This document shows, one piece after another, positions 36,871-49,390 of a stretch of 64,000 nucleotides of DNA; the stretch's first letter is position 1, and each line of letters opens with the position of its first letter. A model generated the notes under the pieces. The model saw only the letters and a program-made list of their open reading frames with translations, searched no databases and was not told the origin of the DNA. Both the position numbers and the translations under genes were made by a program. Location: assembly GCA_043228905.1 (NCBI GenBank), contig JBHGNT010000008.1:17360001-17424000 (forward strand), given 5' to 3'. The stretch is from Azolla caroliniana (Eukaryota > Plantae > Polypodiophyta).

Positions 36871-39800
36871 TTTTGGTTGGCCAAAACCCTTTACGAGTAG
36901 CTAGCCCATCTCCACTCTTAGTTCAAGTTACCTTGAACTCTCTATGCTCCACACATAAACACAAAGATAATATCTTTTGCTCTACCTTATATATGATGAG
37001 AGCCGTATTTGTCGTGCCTATGTGAGATATCTCACAATTTTCTCTTTTCCTTTCACAAACTTTATACCCTCATATCTTGACATTTAGTTGTCCGTTTCTC
37101 GTGTAATAAAGTGCATTTGAAACCTCCATCATTTTGTACTTAGATATTCAATTTATTTAAAATGTTATCTTCACAATTATTGTATTATGTGATTCATACT
37201 CGATTTTGTACGTTTTATGGGATTTTCACACTATTGCCGAAAATCTTCACGACATCCACCCCCACCAAACCGCACGTCCTCCGGTAGGTGCCAAGAAGAG
37301 AGAAAGTGAGATTTCGGCTACGGCGATCAATTAGATTCCTCCATGTCTTCATTTACATCCGCCCTATTATGTTCATCGTCGAGGTAATCGAGGTCAGGAT
37401 CCTTGTCTTGTCTTTTCTTGAAAATCTTTACTCTTTTTCTCGCAATGGGTACGGCCAACCTTGATCCGTCTAGTTCCGCAAGGTGGTATGTGGCATTATC
37501 GTTGGCACTTGTCACCACATACGGCCCGAACCATCTTCTTGCGAACTTCCTTATTGTACTGTGTTGATTGTCAAGGGTGCTGTTGTAAACCAAAATCCAA
37601 TCCCCTTCTTCAATCTTCTTGGGACGAAGTCGATGCGTGTTGTCGAACCGAACTTTGTTCTTTACTCGGGCTGCCTCCATCATCTTTCGCGCTTTTTCTA
37701 AATCTTCAGGTCTTCTTTCAAGTTTCCTTATCCGCGCCACTAATAACTCTTCTCGGCTCATCTCGTTCTCCCACGGTATCGCTACCCATGAGGCGATCGT
37801 CCTTTTGATGGGCATAATTGGCTTTTGTCCATACATAAGCTCCGTCGGCATATACCCTGTCACCGAGCTATGTGTCGTTCTATCGGCCCACAGGGCATAG
37901 GGTAATAGTCGTGGCCAATTCCCGACTCAACCGTTGCATGCCCGTACGATGGCTTTAACGATAGGTCCATGCCCTCGCTCGATCTTCCCATTCACTTCCG
38001 GATTGTAGGCAGTCGTGAGGGAGAGCTTCACGCCTAGTCTTTCGAAGAGCTCCGTCACTTCGTGTGCGTCCAACTCCCCTCGGTCGGCCACTATCTTCCC
38101 TACATATCCATATTGGCAAACAACCTCTTCAAGCAGAAATTTGGAAACGGCTGAAGTCGTCTTATTTGTCAAGGCTCGTCCTTCCACTTGATTTGTTAAG
38201 TCTTCCCTTGCCAGCGCTAAGTACTTCATTTGTCCCACTCCCATTGGCATCGAGACCAGATCCACCATCCATTTGAAGTGTATGGTGAGTGGGTATGTCG
38301 GCTGTAACTCATCACGATGACGTATATTTGAATATATTTGGCAAGTTTCGCATGTGGACACGAAATGGAGTACAACTTTGTACATGCTTGGCCACCAGTA
38401 CTTCTCCTTCAACTTTTCGAACGTCGCCCATGTTCCTCTATGACCTGCCCAAGCACTCTCGTGGAATTCGGTCATCAACGTCTGTTGCTCTTCTTTCTTT
38501 ACCACCACTCGATGTGGTATTCCTGTCCTTCTTTTTGGATGTCGCCAAAGGAATCCTCCCTTCAAGAAGTATCGGTAAGCTTTCTTTCGGATTCGTAGGG
38601 CCTCCTCCTTTGTCAACGAAGCATCTGTCGTCAATGTTCTTATGAATCTACCGATGAGTAACCACTCTCCTTCGTACTCCTTCTCGTTGAAGGCGTGGAG
38701 GGTTTGCGTGTCCTGGTCTTCCGCCGACAATCGAGCCATCTTGAAGAAGTCGAGGGTGACATCTTCATCTTCCGAAACCATATTACTTCCATTTGAAAAT
38801 CTTGCCCTCGAGAGCATGTCAGCCATGGCGTTCTTCTTCCCTGCAATGTGACAGATCTCTGGGTTTAAAGACTTGATGTAGGTGATCCACCTTAGCATAG
38901 CAAGATCTGGGGTCGCACATCCCGAGACCATTCCGAGAATTGGGAGACAATCTATCTACATTATCACTTCTGACCCGATCATGTAATCTTTGTCCGTCTT
39001 CACTGCCGACACAATACCCCAAAGTTCCCGCTTGACTTGGGCATATCTTTGTTTCCATTCGCTGAGAACCTTTGCTCCGAACCGGACGGCATATCGCACA
39101 TTATCTTCACCTTCTTGATTGATGACCCACCCGATTCCGGTTGGGCTCGTATCTACGGTCACGTAAATTGGTTTCCCTTCAGCATAGTTGGCCTTCCTTA
39201 GTGCCGGAGATTCAAGAAGCAGTTTCTTTAATCTTCGCATCGCATTTGTGTGCTCGTCTCGCCATTCGAACTTCATTCTTTTCTTTAGTAGTCCATATAA
39301 CGGTTCGGTGACATGAGCGTAGTGACGAATCCATATATAATAAAACGCGCACGCTCCAAGGAACCTTCGAACCTCCGTTTGGTTTTCGCATTCTTCTTTC
39401 ATGTCTTGGATTGCGTTCACTTTGGATGGCAAGGGCTTCCGGCCGTATGCTCCACACAAGTGGCCTACCACCAAGATCTCTGGTTGCCCGAATGCGGATT
39501 TTTCTCCCGAAAATGTCAAATTCGCATCTTCGAGCCTTTGAAGCACCTTCTCGCAATCTTTCATATGATCCGCAATGAACTTTCTACAACCTTCCTTATC
39601 TTTCGATTCATCTTTCTCCTCATCTGAACATCCTTTTATCGGAATATCATCCAAGAATGGCATCGTGATGTCCGGAATGCAATCCTTCAAGACTTTATTC
39701 ATGGCATTCACCATATGAGCCACCGAATTCGTTGCGCCTTGGGGTAAGGTACACATCCGCACAAGCCCGATCAGAGTCCTCATGCTTGTAATGTCCCGAC

Positions 39801-42800
39801 TGTCGATCGCCAATTGGAATTGGTCATATCCGGAGTAGAGATCGCCAATGGAGTACATGGACCGGCCCGCAAACGCTTCGGCAAATTCGTCCATGCTCGG
39901 ACCGATTCCGGCATTTCGAATTGTCACCTTGTTGACAGGTTGAAGATCTTGGATGAATCACAATGATCCATTCTTCTTTAGCACCGTGAACCACCTATTG
40001 GAATAAGGAGCATTCGACGGTTCTAGAATTCCCATACTCACCTTCTCCTTTAAGAGCTCGATCAGCTTCGGAAGATGTGCTCTCGGAACCAGTATCGGTT
40101 TCAAATTCCAAGGCACATGAGGCACCGTGAAGATCACCATCGGCTCTATAACCTTTGGGTCGGCGCATCCGATTTCTCATGGGAAGAATGCGAAAGCCTT
40201 CCCATGTCTCTCAAGCATATCGCGAAACATTTGCTCCTCTTCAGGGAGAAGGCAATCCTCCTTTCCAACTCGTAGCTTCCCCTTCGTCTCTTTGGTGAAG
40301 ACATGACCTATCTTCTTCGGATCTCTTAAGCTTGGATCGTTAGCGACTTCCTTCATCTTTTGCCAGCTATCTTCCGGTAGTGGAACCACAACTGGCTTGA
40401 TCTTCTTATCCACCGTTATATATGTCGTGTTGATGTCAGCTTCCTTCATCGAGATGCCACGACGGTATTCATCGATGATGGCGTACATGTTGACGGAGTT
40501 AACCAAAATCACGCGTTGGTTGTGAAGATAGCTCAAGTCCACGACGTCCTCGATTTCGCCGATGGTGTCGTTAAATGAGGCTTCTTCCATAATATGAGTC
40601 ACGAAGTCTCCTTCTTCTATTATGTTTTCTTCTTTCAGCATCTTCTCGAATTCTTGTATCCGGCGCTTGTGCTTCTTGTCGGGTAGTACTAGTTTACATG
40701 CGCCACTAGGTGTGACACATGTTGCTTCCCCTCGCAATCCAGCACTCTTCTTTCTTGTGGGGTCTTGTGATTGCTCGGACTATTTGTGCCCCATGCTTCA
40801 ATAGTCCGCTCTAAAAATCCGAGGATTCGCCTCCGAGACTATCTCGATTCCTTTCATGATTGGCTCGCACCGTTAGGAATTGGACCGATCTTTGGTTGTC
40901 AAGACTCTTTATTCGTGCGAAGGCTGCTCCATTATCGAACACTTTGGTCTCCATCCGAGATGATGTGATATAAGGTTGCCCTAGGATGATAGGATGCGAC
41001 GCCGAATCTTGTATGAAGAAGTGTTGATCCATCTCCACATCCCCGATCGTGACTTTGATATTGGGACAAGCTCCGTACAAGTCCTCCGTAGACTTTGTTG
41101 CCGCGCGAATCTTCCATCCGTGGTTTGTATTGATTGGCCATCTTCCTTTTTTGTAGAAGTCGGTTGACATGAGGTTGATCTCCGAGCCGTGGTTGATCAA
41201 GGCTACCACAGTCTCTTTCTTCTCCCCGATCTTCACCGGCGTCTCCGTTGTCGCTCGTGCCCAATGAGGTCGAGTATAGTGGCTGTCCACCATATCTTCA
41301 TCGACTTCGTCTCTTGCCATTGTTATGACATTCGTTTTTGCTTTTTGCGGCTTCTCTTCTTCCTCGTCCGATTGTTGTCTCTTTCTCTTTACAAGGTCCA
41401 CGATCGTGTCATGGAACTCCTTCTTCGTAATGCCAAGCAATTCCCTCAAGGACAAAGTTACGTGGCTATCAAGAACTCGTTCTTCGAGAATCTTCTTTAG
41501 GTCCGTCGTCTGTTCTATGTCCGTCCTTAGCTTATATGTAGGTATAGTCCTTGTCCTCCGAGCGGGGACTTCGGCACCAACCTTCACGGGCCGAACCGTT
41601 TCTTCAACTCGTATGCTCGGCTCCCCTTTTCGGCTTGATTCTCATTCCTCTGTTTGTAAAGGTCGACTCGTCTCCGCATCGTCCTTCTTTTTCACGTTCC
41701 TTGTTTCATGGATTTTTGATGGGCCTTGCTCTTCTATTCTCTTTCTCTTTTCTTCGACGAACACCGCGTGGTTGTCGCACATCACCTCTGCGAGTATGGT
41801 GTTGTCGTCCACCGGATCCGACCACCCAGTTATGCTTTGCACGCTTCGGGCCGCAAGCTCTACCTCGTTCGATGTGACTTTTCCCTTCTTCTCATAATCG
41901 AGAACAGAAGTCCAAAACTTTGCTCCCGCTCTAGCAGCTTCAGTCTTGTCTTTCCCGACTCTTATTCCGGCCGACGCAGCATAGTGCATCGCATCCACAT
42001 GAGTCGCATCGGCATCCTCCATAGATTTCTTCATTCCTCCTCTTCCGAAATTCACCCATAGGGGTCTTCTAGTCTCGCTTGAGCAGATCATGTTGTCTTC
42101 TATGTATATGATATTTTGTCGAATCGCCTCTCGAAGGCTCGCACAATCCCTTCTCATGTGGTCCATGCTATCGCACCACACGCATCTAAAGGGTTCTTTT
42201 CCTTTAGGGCCCCGACGATTCATGTTGGCTAGCCTGACCTTCTCGAACTTCTTTGCTAGCTCTTCAATGATGTCATCATCAATCTTCTTTTCTTCCACGT
42301 TACTTTGTCTTAGCGGCTCAGCTACTTTCGGCGGTCTTGCTTTCTCCGTGGTAGTCGATCCCGTCAAGTCGGTGTCATCAACCCATTTGCGACGCTTGTC
42401 GAGCCTATTGCATGCCCGCTTCACCGCGATCCAGCCTATTACGAGTCCATTTGCTTGGGTATCATCTTCGAGAAGAGTCCCCAACTCCTGTCTATCCTTT
42501 ATGTCCATGGCCTTCAAGAAGTACAAAGTCTTGTCCTCTTGTCAAATAAACATCTTGTCGAATTCGTCGTACACCCTCAAGATGCTCATCTTCTTATTCT
42601 TCTTCTCTATCCACTTCATCAGGGCATGTCGATTCATCCTCGTTGAGTCTTCAGTCACGAACTCCGCTAGTATCGTTTTCTCGAACTCAGACCATGTTGT
42701 CTTACCTTCTTGAAGCTCGATGACGCGTGTTTGGATCCCATAAAACGTGAAAATCCCATAAACCGTACAAAATCGAGTATGAATCACATAATACAATAAT

Positions 42801-43855
42801 TGTGAAGATAACATTTTAAATAAATTTAATATCTAAGTACAAAATGATGGAGGTTTCGAATGCACTTTATTACACGAGAAACGGACAATTAAATGTCAAG
42901 ATATGAGGGTATAAAGTTTGTGAAAGGAAAAGAGAAAATTGTGAGATATCCCACATAGGCACGACAAATACGGCTCTCATCATATATAAGGTAGAGCATA
43001 AGATATTATCTTTGTGTCTATGTGTGGAGCATAGAGAGGTCAAGGTAACTTGAACTAAGAGTGGAGGTGGGCTAGCTACTCGTGAAGGGTTTTGGCCAAC
43101 CAAAACCGGTCCGGCGATGGAGCCGGTGATCCGGCGCCAGTGAGACACCGGCATCGGACGGCAATCCGGAGACCGCGAGGTTACGGCATCTGGCGCCGGT
43201 GAGACAACGGCATCCGGCGAGGCACCGTTAACCAACGGCATCCGACGAACCGGCGTCCGGTGACTAGATAAATAAATATATAAATATATATACATATATA
43301 CATATACAAGGAGGGCAATTAAGGATTCGAACCTTGCACCTCCGAGTTAGGAGTCAATTGGCTTACCATTAAGCCATGCCATTTAGTTAAATTTATATTT
43401 CTATCATTGTACTTTTACGTGTAAATTCTCATACATGAGAACTAAAATGAGTGACATGGTTATCATGCACCACATGTAATACATAAGCGCCAAATGGCAA
43501 GCATGCATCTTATGCATGTCTTGTACCCTCACATGCATCATATACATGAGAGCATCTATAAGAGAAGGAAGGGGGAGGAGAAAAAACGTTTTCTTTTTTT
43601 GGTTATGAAATTAAGAAGAAGAAATTCGTTATCAAATTGATCGTCTAACTTGTTTCTTAAATCCAAAGATAAAAGTTCAATCAATCTCTCTGAATCGTTT
43701 AATCTCAACTTTTCTCTTGCCCAATCTATCTTAAGTACTTTCTCGCCAAAGCTTGCGCCAAAGCTTGTACTGACTTTGAATCCTTCCGGTCTAGAACCCC
43801 GGCGGTTCCGCCTCACGATCCGCGCGTAGTGACGGATCTTCACGACATAATTAAG

Positions 43856-43872
43856 TGGTGAACCCGACGTGA
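43856..43872 (+). promoter_or_regulatory. Primer-binding site complementary to the tRNA-Trp 3' end (second example at 57242-57258, minus strand)
   Basis: TGGTGAACCCGACGTGA just after the LTR end; matches my recollection of the plant cytosolic tRNA-Trp 3' end (...UCACGUCGGGUUCACCA). Confidence 0.8.
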
Positions 43873-46800
43873 AAGAGGCGGTAGGAAGGATCAAGTCGAG
43901 ATTAATACTTGGAGATGGCGTCCTCAAGCAACTAAGCGGGAGAGCTCGGAAGGATGATGCTAATCGTCGAGCAAATGATGAGATCTCAGGACAACGACGC
44001 GAGCGTGGAGAAGGCTGTCAATCGTGTCGTAGAGCTCGAGGGCCAATTCACTGGAAGGAACATTACGAAGTTCCTTGATACATATAGAAGGGAGATGAAT
44101 CAAAGGGCCGTGTCCGAGGCACGTCAAATCGTAACCTTCAAGAGAGTTGTCGCCAACAACATCCAAAGACGCGTCATCGAGCTTCAAGAAGGTAAGACAA
44201 CATGGTCCAAGTTCGAGAAAACGATACTAGCGGAATTCGTGACTGAAGACTCAACGAGGATGACTCGACATGCCCTGATGAAGTGGATAGAGAAGAAGAA
44301 TAAGAAGATGAGCGTCTCGAGGGTGTAAGACGAATTCGACAAGATGTTTATTCGACAAGAGGACAAGACTTTGTACTTCTTGAAGGCCGTGGACATAAAG
44401 GATAGAAGGGAGTTGGGGACTCTTCTCGAAGATGATACCCAAGCAAATGGACTCGTAATGGGCTGGATCGCGGTGAAGCGGGCATGCAATAGGCTCGACA
44501 AGCGTCGCAAATGGGTTGATGACACCGACTTGACGGGATCGACTACCACGGAGAAAGCAAGACCGCCGAAAGTAGTTGAGCCGCTAAGACAAAGTAACGT
44601 GGAAGAAAAGAAGATTGATGACGACATCATTGAAGAGCTAGTGAAGAAGTTCGAGAAGGTCAGGCTAGCCAACATGAATCGTCGGGGCCCTAAAGGAAAA
44701 GAACCCTTTAGATGCGTGTGGTGCGATAGCATGGACCACATGAGAAGGGATTGTGCGAGCCTTCGAGAGGCGATTCGACAAAATATCATATACATAGAGG
44801 ACAACATGATCTGCTCAAGCGAGACTAGAAGACCCCTATGGGTGAATTTCGGAAGAGGAGGACTGAAGAAATCTATGGAGGATGCCGATGCGACTCATGT
44901 GGATGCGATGCACTATGTTGCGTCGGCCGGAATAAGAGTCGGGAAAGACAAGACTGAAGCTACTAGAGCGGGAGCAAAGTTTTGGACTTCCGTTCTCGAT
45001 TATGAGAAGAAGGGAAAAGTCACATCGAACGAGGTAGAGCTTGCGGACCGAAGCGTGCAAAGCATAACTGGGTGGTCGAATCCGGTGAACGACAACACCA
45101 TACTCGCAGAGGTGATGTGCGACAACCACGAGGTGTTCGTCGAAGAAGAGAGAAAGAGAATAGAAGAGCAAGGCCCATCAAAAAGCCATGAAACAAGGAA
45201 CGCGAAAAAGAAGGACGATGCGGAGACGAGTCGACCTTTACAAACAGAGGAACGAGAATCAAGCCGAAAAGGGGAGCCGAGCATACGAGTTGAAGAAACG
45301 GTTCGGCCCGTGAAGGTTGGTGTTGAAGACCCCGCTCGGAGGACAAGGACTATACCAACGGCATCCGGCGGCAACCGGCGACGGCATTGGACGAACCGGC
45401 GTCCGGTGACTAGATAAATAAATATATAAATATATATACATATATACATATACAAGGAGGGCAATTAAGGATTCGAACCTTGCACCTCCGAGTTAGGAGT
45501 CAATTGGCTTACCATTAAGCCATGCCATTTAGTTAAATTTATATTTCTATCATTGTACTTTTACGTGTAAATTCTCATACATGAGAGCTAAAATGAGTGA
45601 CATGGTTATCATGCAGACATGTAATACATAAGCGCCAAATGGCAAGCATGCATTTTATGCATGTCTTGTACCCTCACATGCATCATATACATGAGAGCAT
45701 CTATAAGAGAAGGAAGGGGGAGGAGAAAAAACGTTTTCTTTTTTTGGTTATGAAATTAAGAAGAAGAAATTCGTTATCAAATTGATCGTCTAACTTGTTT
45801 CTTAAATCCAAAGATAAAAGTTCAATCAATCTCTCTGAATCGTTTAATCTCAACTTCTCTCTTGCCCAATCTATCTTAAGTACTTTCTCGCCAAAGCTTG
45901 TGCCAAAGCTTGTACTGACCTTGAATCCTTTCGGTCCAGAACCCCGACGGTTCCGCCTCACGATCCGCGCGTAGTGACAGATCTTCACGACAGCGTCTCC
46001 AGTGAATACAACGACTTTGATGGAGATTGACACTACACGTCATTGCGGACCATTATCGGAAGAAGAAAAGTAGCGACGTCGACCAAATCGACTATGTCTT
46101 TATTGCGGTGCACCAAGGAATATTGCAGTAAATTGTCCCCATAGACCAAGAAGATAGGTAAACCAAATAGTTGCTAGTTCTAATTGTAGTAAACCCGAAT
46201 CTATTTCAGTAGGAATATCTGATAGTCCTAATAGTACTAATAGCCCAAATCTAGCGAACAAATTTGATGTCCTTAGTCAGTTAGAAGAAGAGTTAAACGA
46301 CTAAGTCCAGCCAAAATAGGAGCCGTTTGGTTGGACAACCCTAGATCTGTGCAGACTATTAGTGGTTCCATTCCCTCTAAGCAAGTTAGCAATGTGTTTG
46401 TAGCCCAAGTAACCGTTAGTACTAAAAGTACCCCTCCAGTACATGTCTTAGCACTTCTAGATTCCGGAGCAAATTCTTGCTTCATGGATAGTAATTTTGC
46501 CCAAGCTCATCAAATATCTCTCCGAAAACTCCCGTGTCCAGCCTCTGTAGTAGTCATTGACGGTCATCCCATTGCTTCTAGAAATATCATAGAAGAGTCA
46601 GAGCCCGTTAATATTGTCCTAAATAATCTAGCATGGGTAGTATCATTTAATATAATTAGTATCCCAAAACATCCCATTGTTTTAGGATTACCATGGTTTG
46701 AATTACATAACCCATACATAGATTGGAGAATAAGAGAAATCTGGTATCGACAAGCCCGAGGATCTACTCATAAGATTGCAACCATTTCGCTACATCAGTT

Positions 46801-49320
46801 GCGGGAAGAAGGATGCAAGGAAGAAATGTTTCTCTTCGCAATATTAGTAAAACCCTCCGGCACCATTGAAGAGGAGTTCACCGTTCAACTTCCAAAGAAT
46901 TATCATCATTATGCCAATGCGTTCGATAAAGTACAAGCCAATACACTTCCTCACCATCGACCGTATGATTGCCCAATCGATTTACAACCGGGAAAAGAGC
47001 CACCATGGGGACCGATCTACAATTTGTCACCAACCGAGCTAGAAATCCTTCGAGCCTATATAGAGGAGAATTTGGAAAATGGTTTCACTTCGTCTCGTTG
47101 TAGATTACCGTGGCTTGAATAAGGTCACCATCACAAATAGGTATGCACTTCCCCTTATCTCAAGTTTTTTAGAATGGTTCGATGGTGCAAGGTTCTTCAC
47201 GAAGATCGACTTACGGGGAGCATATAACCTCGTACGGATCTTACCAGGAGATGAATGGAAGACCGCGTTTCACACCAGATATCGGCACTTCGAGTATACG
47301 GTCATGTCGTTCGGCCTCACTAATGCGCTAGTAGTCTTCTAACACATGGAAAATGATATATTCCGAGATCTCTTGGATGTTTGTTTGATCATCTATTTGG
47401 ATGATCTACTGGTTTATTCAAAGACCCAAGAAGAGCATGATTCTCATGTATTGTTAGTACTAAAACGACTTCAAGAACATGGTCTTTATGCAAAGCTGGA
47501 AAAATGTAGTTTCGGGTGCAACCAGGTGGAATTTTTGGGGTATGTCATCTCCTCGAAGGCATCTCCATGGATCCAACTAAGGTCAAAATGGTGGTAGAGT
47601 GGCAAACTCCGCGTTCGTTGCGAGATGTGTAATGCTTTTTAGGCTTTGCCAATTTCTACCGCAAGTTTATACAGGATTACTCAAAGCTTGTTCTGCCTCT
47701 CACACAACTTACTAAAAAGGGACAATTGTTCGTTTGGTTTGAAAAAGTGGACATGGCTTTTGAGAATCTTAAGAGAGCATTTACATCGGCTCCTATTCTA
47801 GCTCACATTGATCCAGAAAAACCATTCATCATGGAAGCGGACGCGTCAGATTTCGCATTGGGTAACATTCTGTCACAACAAGGTAATGATGAAAAGTTAC
47901 ATCCTATGGCTTTCCACTCACGCAAGTTTGACGCCGCCAAAATCAACTATGAAATTCATGATAAGAAGTTATTAGCAATAGTGGACTCTTTTATGCAATG
48001 GAGGCATTTTCTAGAGGGATCCTCTCATCAAGTCACCATATTCAGTGATCACAAAAACCTTGCCTACTTTCAGGGTGCTCGTGTGTTAAAGCAACGTCAA
48101 GCTCGGTGGGCCCAATTCCTCATGCGTTTCGACTTAAAAATTACATATCCTCCGGGGCAGCACCAAGGCAAAGGCAGATGCATTATCACGACGTTCGTAT
48201 CTAACACCGCGTCTAGGTGAGCCAGCTTTCAATAACCAAAAGCAAGTAATCTTGGGACCGGCATGACTGCAAGCAACACAAGTCTTCGACATGCCCTTGA
48301 AGACAGATGCTTTCGCCCAAGCCATTCTAGCACAAATTGATCCCTCTTGAACATCTTGTTCACAGTCGCAACAACCAGGTACGGTCTATCGACATTCGAA
48401 TGTCATGATGGATTACTATTCTTAAAGAAACTCTTGACAATATATGTTCCTAATGGTTCTTGCCGCCATCTAGTAATCCAAAACTGTCATGACACATATA
48501 CAGTTGGGCATTTTGGTAGTACTAAGACATTAGATTTAGTACAACGATCATTTTGGTTGCCCTGTATGCGACAATTTGTCGAAGATTTTGTTCGGACTTA
48601 TGATACATGTTGCAGAGCAAAAATGCCATGCCAAGGCATCATCCATATGGTTTATTAGAACCATTACCAATTCCAAGCATCTGACCCATGCTCCTAGAAT
48701 TAGTGATAAGATAGTTTTCAATGGTTGTTTAACTTTGAATTTCCAATTAAGGTTCATCATGTCGGTGTCGTGCCTTTCGGCTCCTGATCGTTTCGTGAGT
48801 CGGGCGGGAACCACTAAGGTTTTGGACTAGGAGAAAAGAAAATTCTAAGGCAATTAAGAATATGAAATATATTGTAAGAAAGAAAGATATGAAAAACTCG
48901 TGAATCCCACGAGTATAGTGTATTAGAGAGTACTTAGATTAAGAGAGAAAAATAGTTAGCAAATTCGTGAATCCCACGAATATATTATATTAATCAACCC
49001 TTGTAAAAAAATCAACAACCTTATACATATTTCCCTCCTCCTTATATAAGGATGGAAGAGGCTAAGCATGACTTCTTGCTTTCCCTAAAAGTGTTCATGC
49101 ACACTAAATGTGCATGTGATACTTTTTTTTTAAACCTTGCTTTTATTTGCTAAATATAGTGCTCACGCACGCTAGATGTGCATGAATAATATTTTATTGG
49201 TTTACATTTTTCTTATAATTAAAGTTTCACGTACTCTAAAAATGCATGACTTACCTTTTTAATAAAGGTAGGCGTAAATAAAGGTCTTATAGGTATTAAA
49301 TCTATATTTAAAATACTAAG

Positions 49321-49390
49321 GATAAGTTAGTATAATGGTAAGGTTGGGATTTGTGTATGTGGAGGTACAAGGTTCAAATCTTACCCTATG
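49321..49390 (+). promoter_or_regulatory. tRNA-like A-box/B-box module in the LTR (also ~59760-59828)
   Basis: A box TAGTATAATGG at 49328-49338; B box GGTTCAAATC at 49371-49380. Confidence 0.65.

Larger units (their letters stand above)
35904..45992. mobile_element. Rearranged non-chromodomain Gypsy complex (tRNA-Trp PBS) with inverted internal region and three LTR-derived blocks
   Basis: Outer termini TGTCGTGAAG...CTTCACGACA; pol and gag on minus strand 37327-42730 (LPQGATNS, PFLDD, REDLTNQVEGRAL); plus-strand LTR ~42745-43847, PBS, gag 43870-45356 and partial LTR to 45992. Confidence 0.9.
27166..48680 (+). mobile_element. Degenerate sister copy of the 3232-8910 chromovirus, split by nested insertions and 3'-truncated
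   Basis: 5' LTR 27166-27565; gag pieces at 27720-28091, 35747-35903 and 45993-46304; pol 46331-48680 with stops and frameshifts; strong similarity to the intact copy. Confidence 0.92.

Noticed and set aside
36399-37025. 208-aa and overlapping ORFs in the LTR
   Set aside because: They arise from GC-rich tandem repeats, are not conserved in frame between LTR copies and show no recognisable domain
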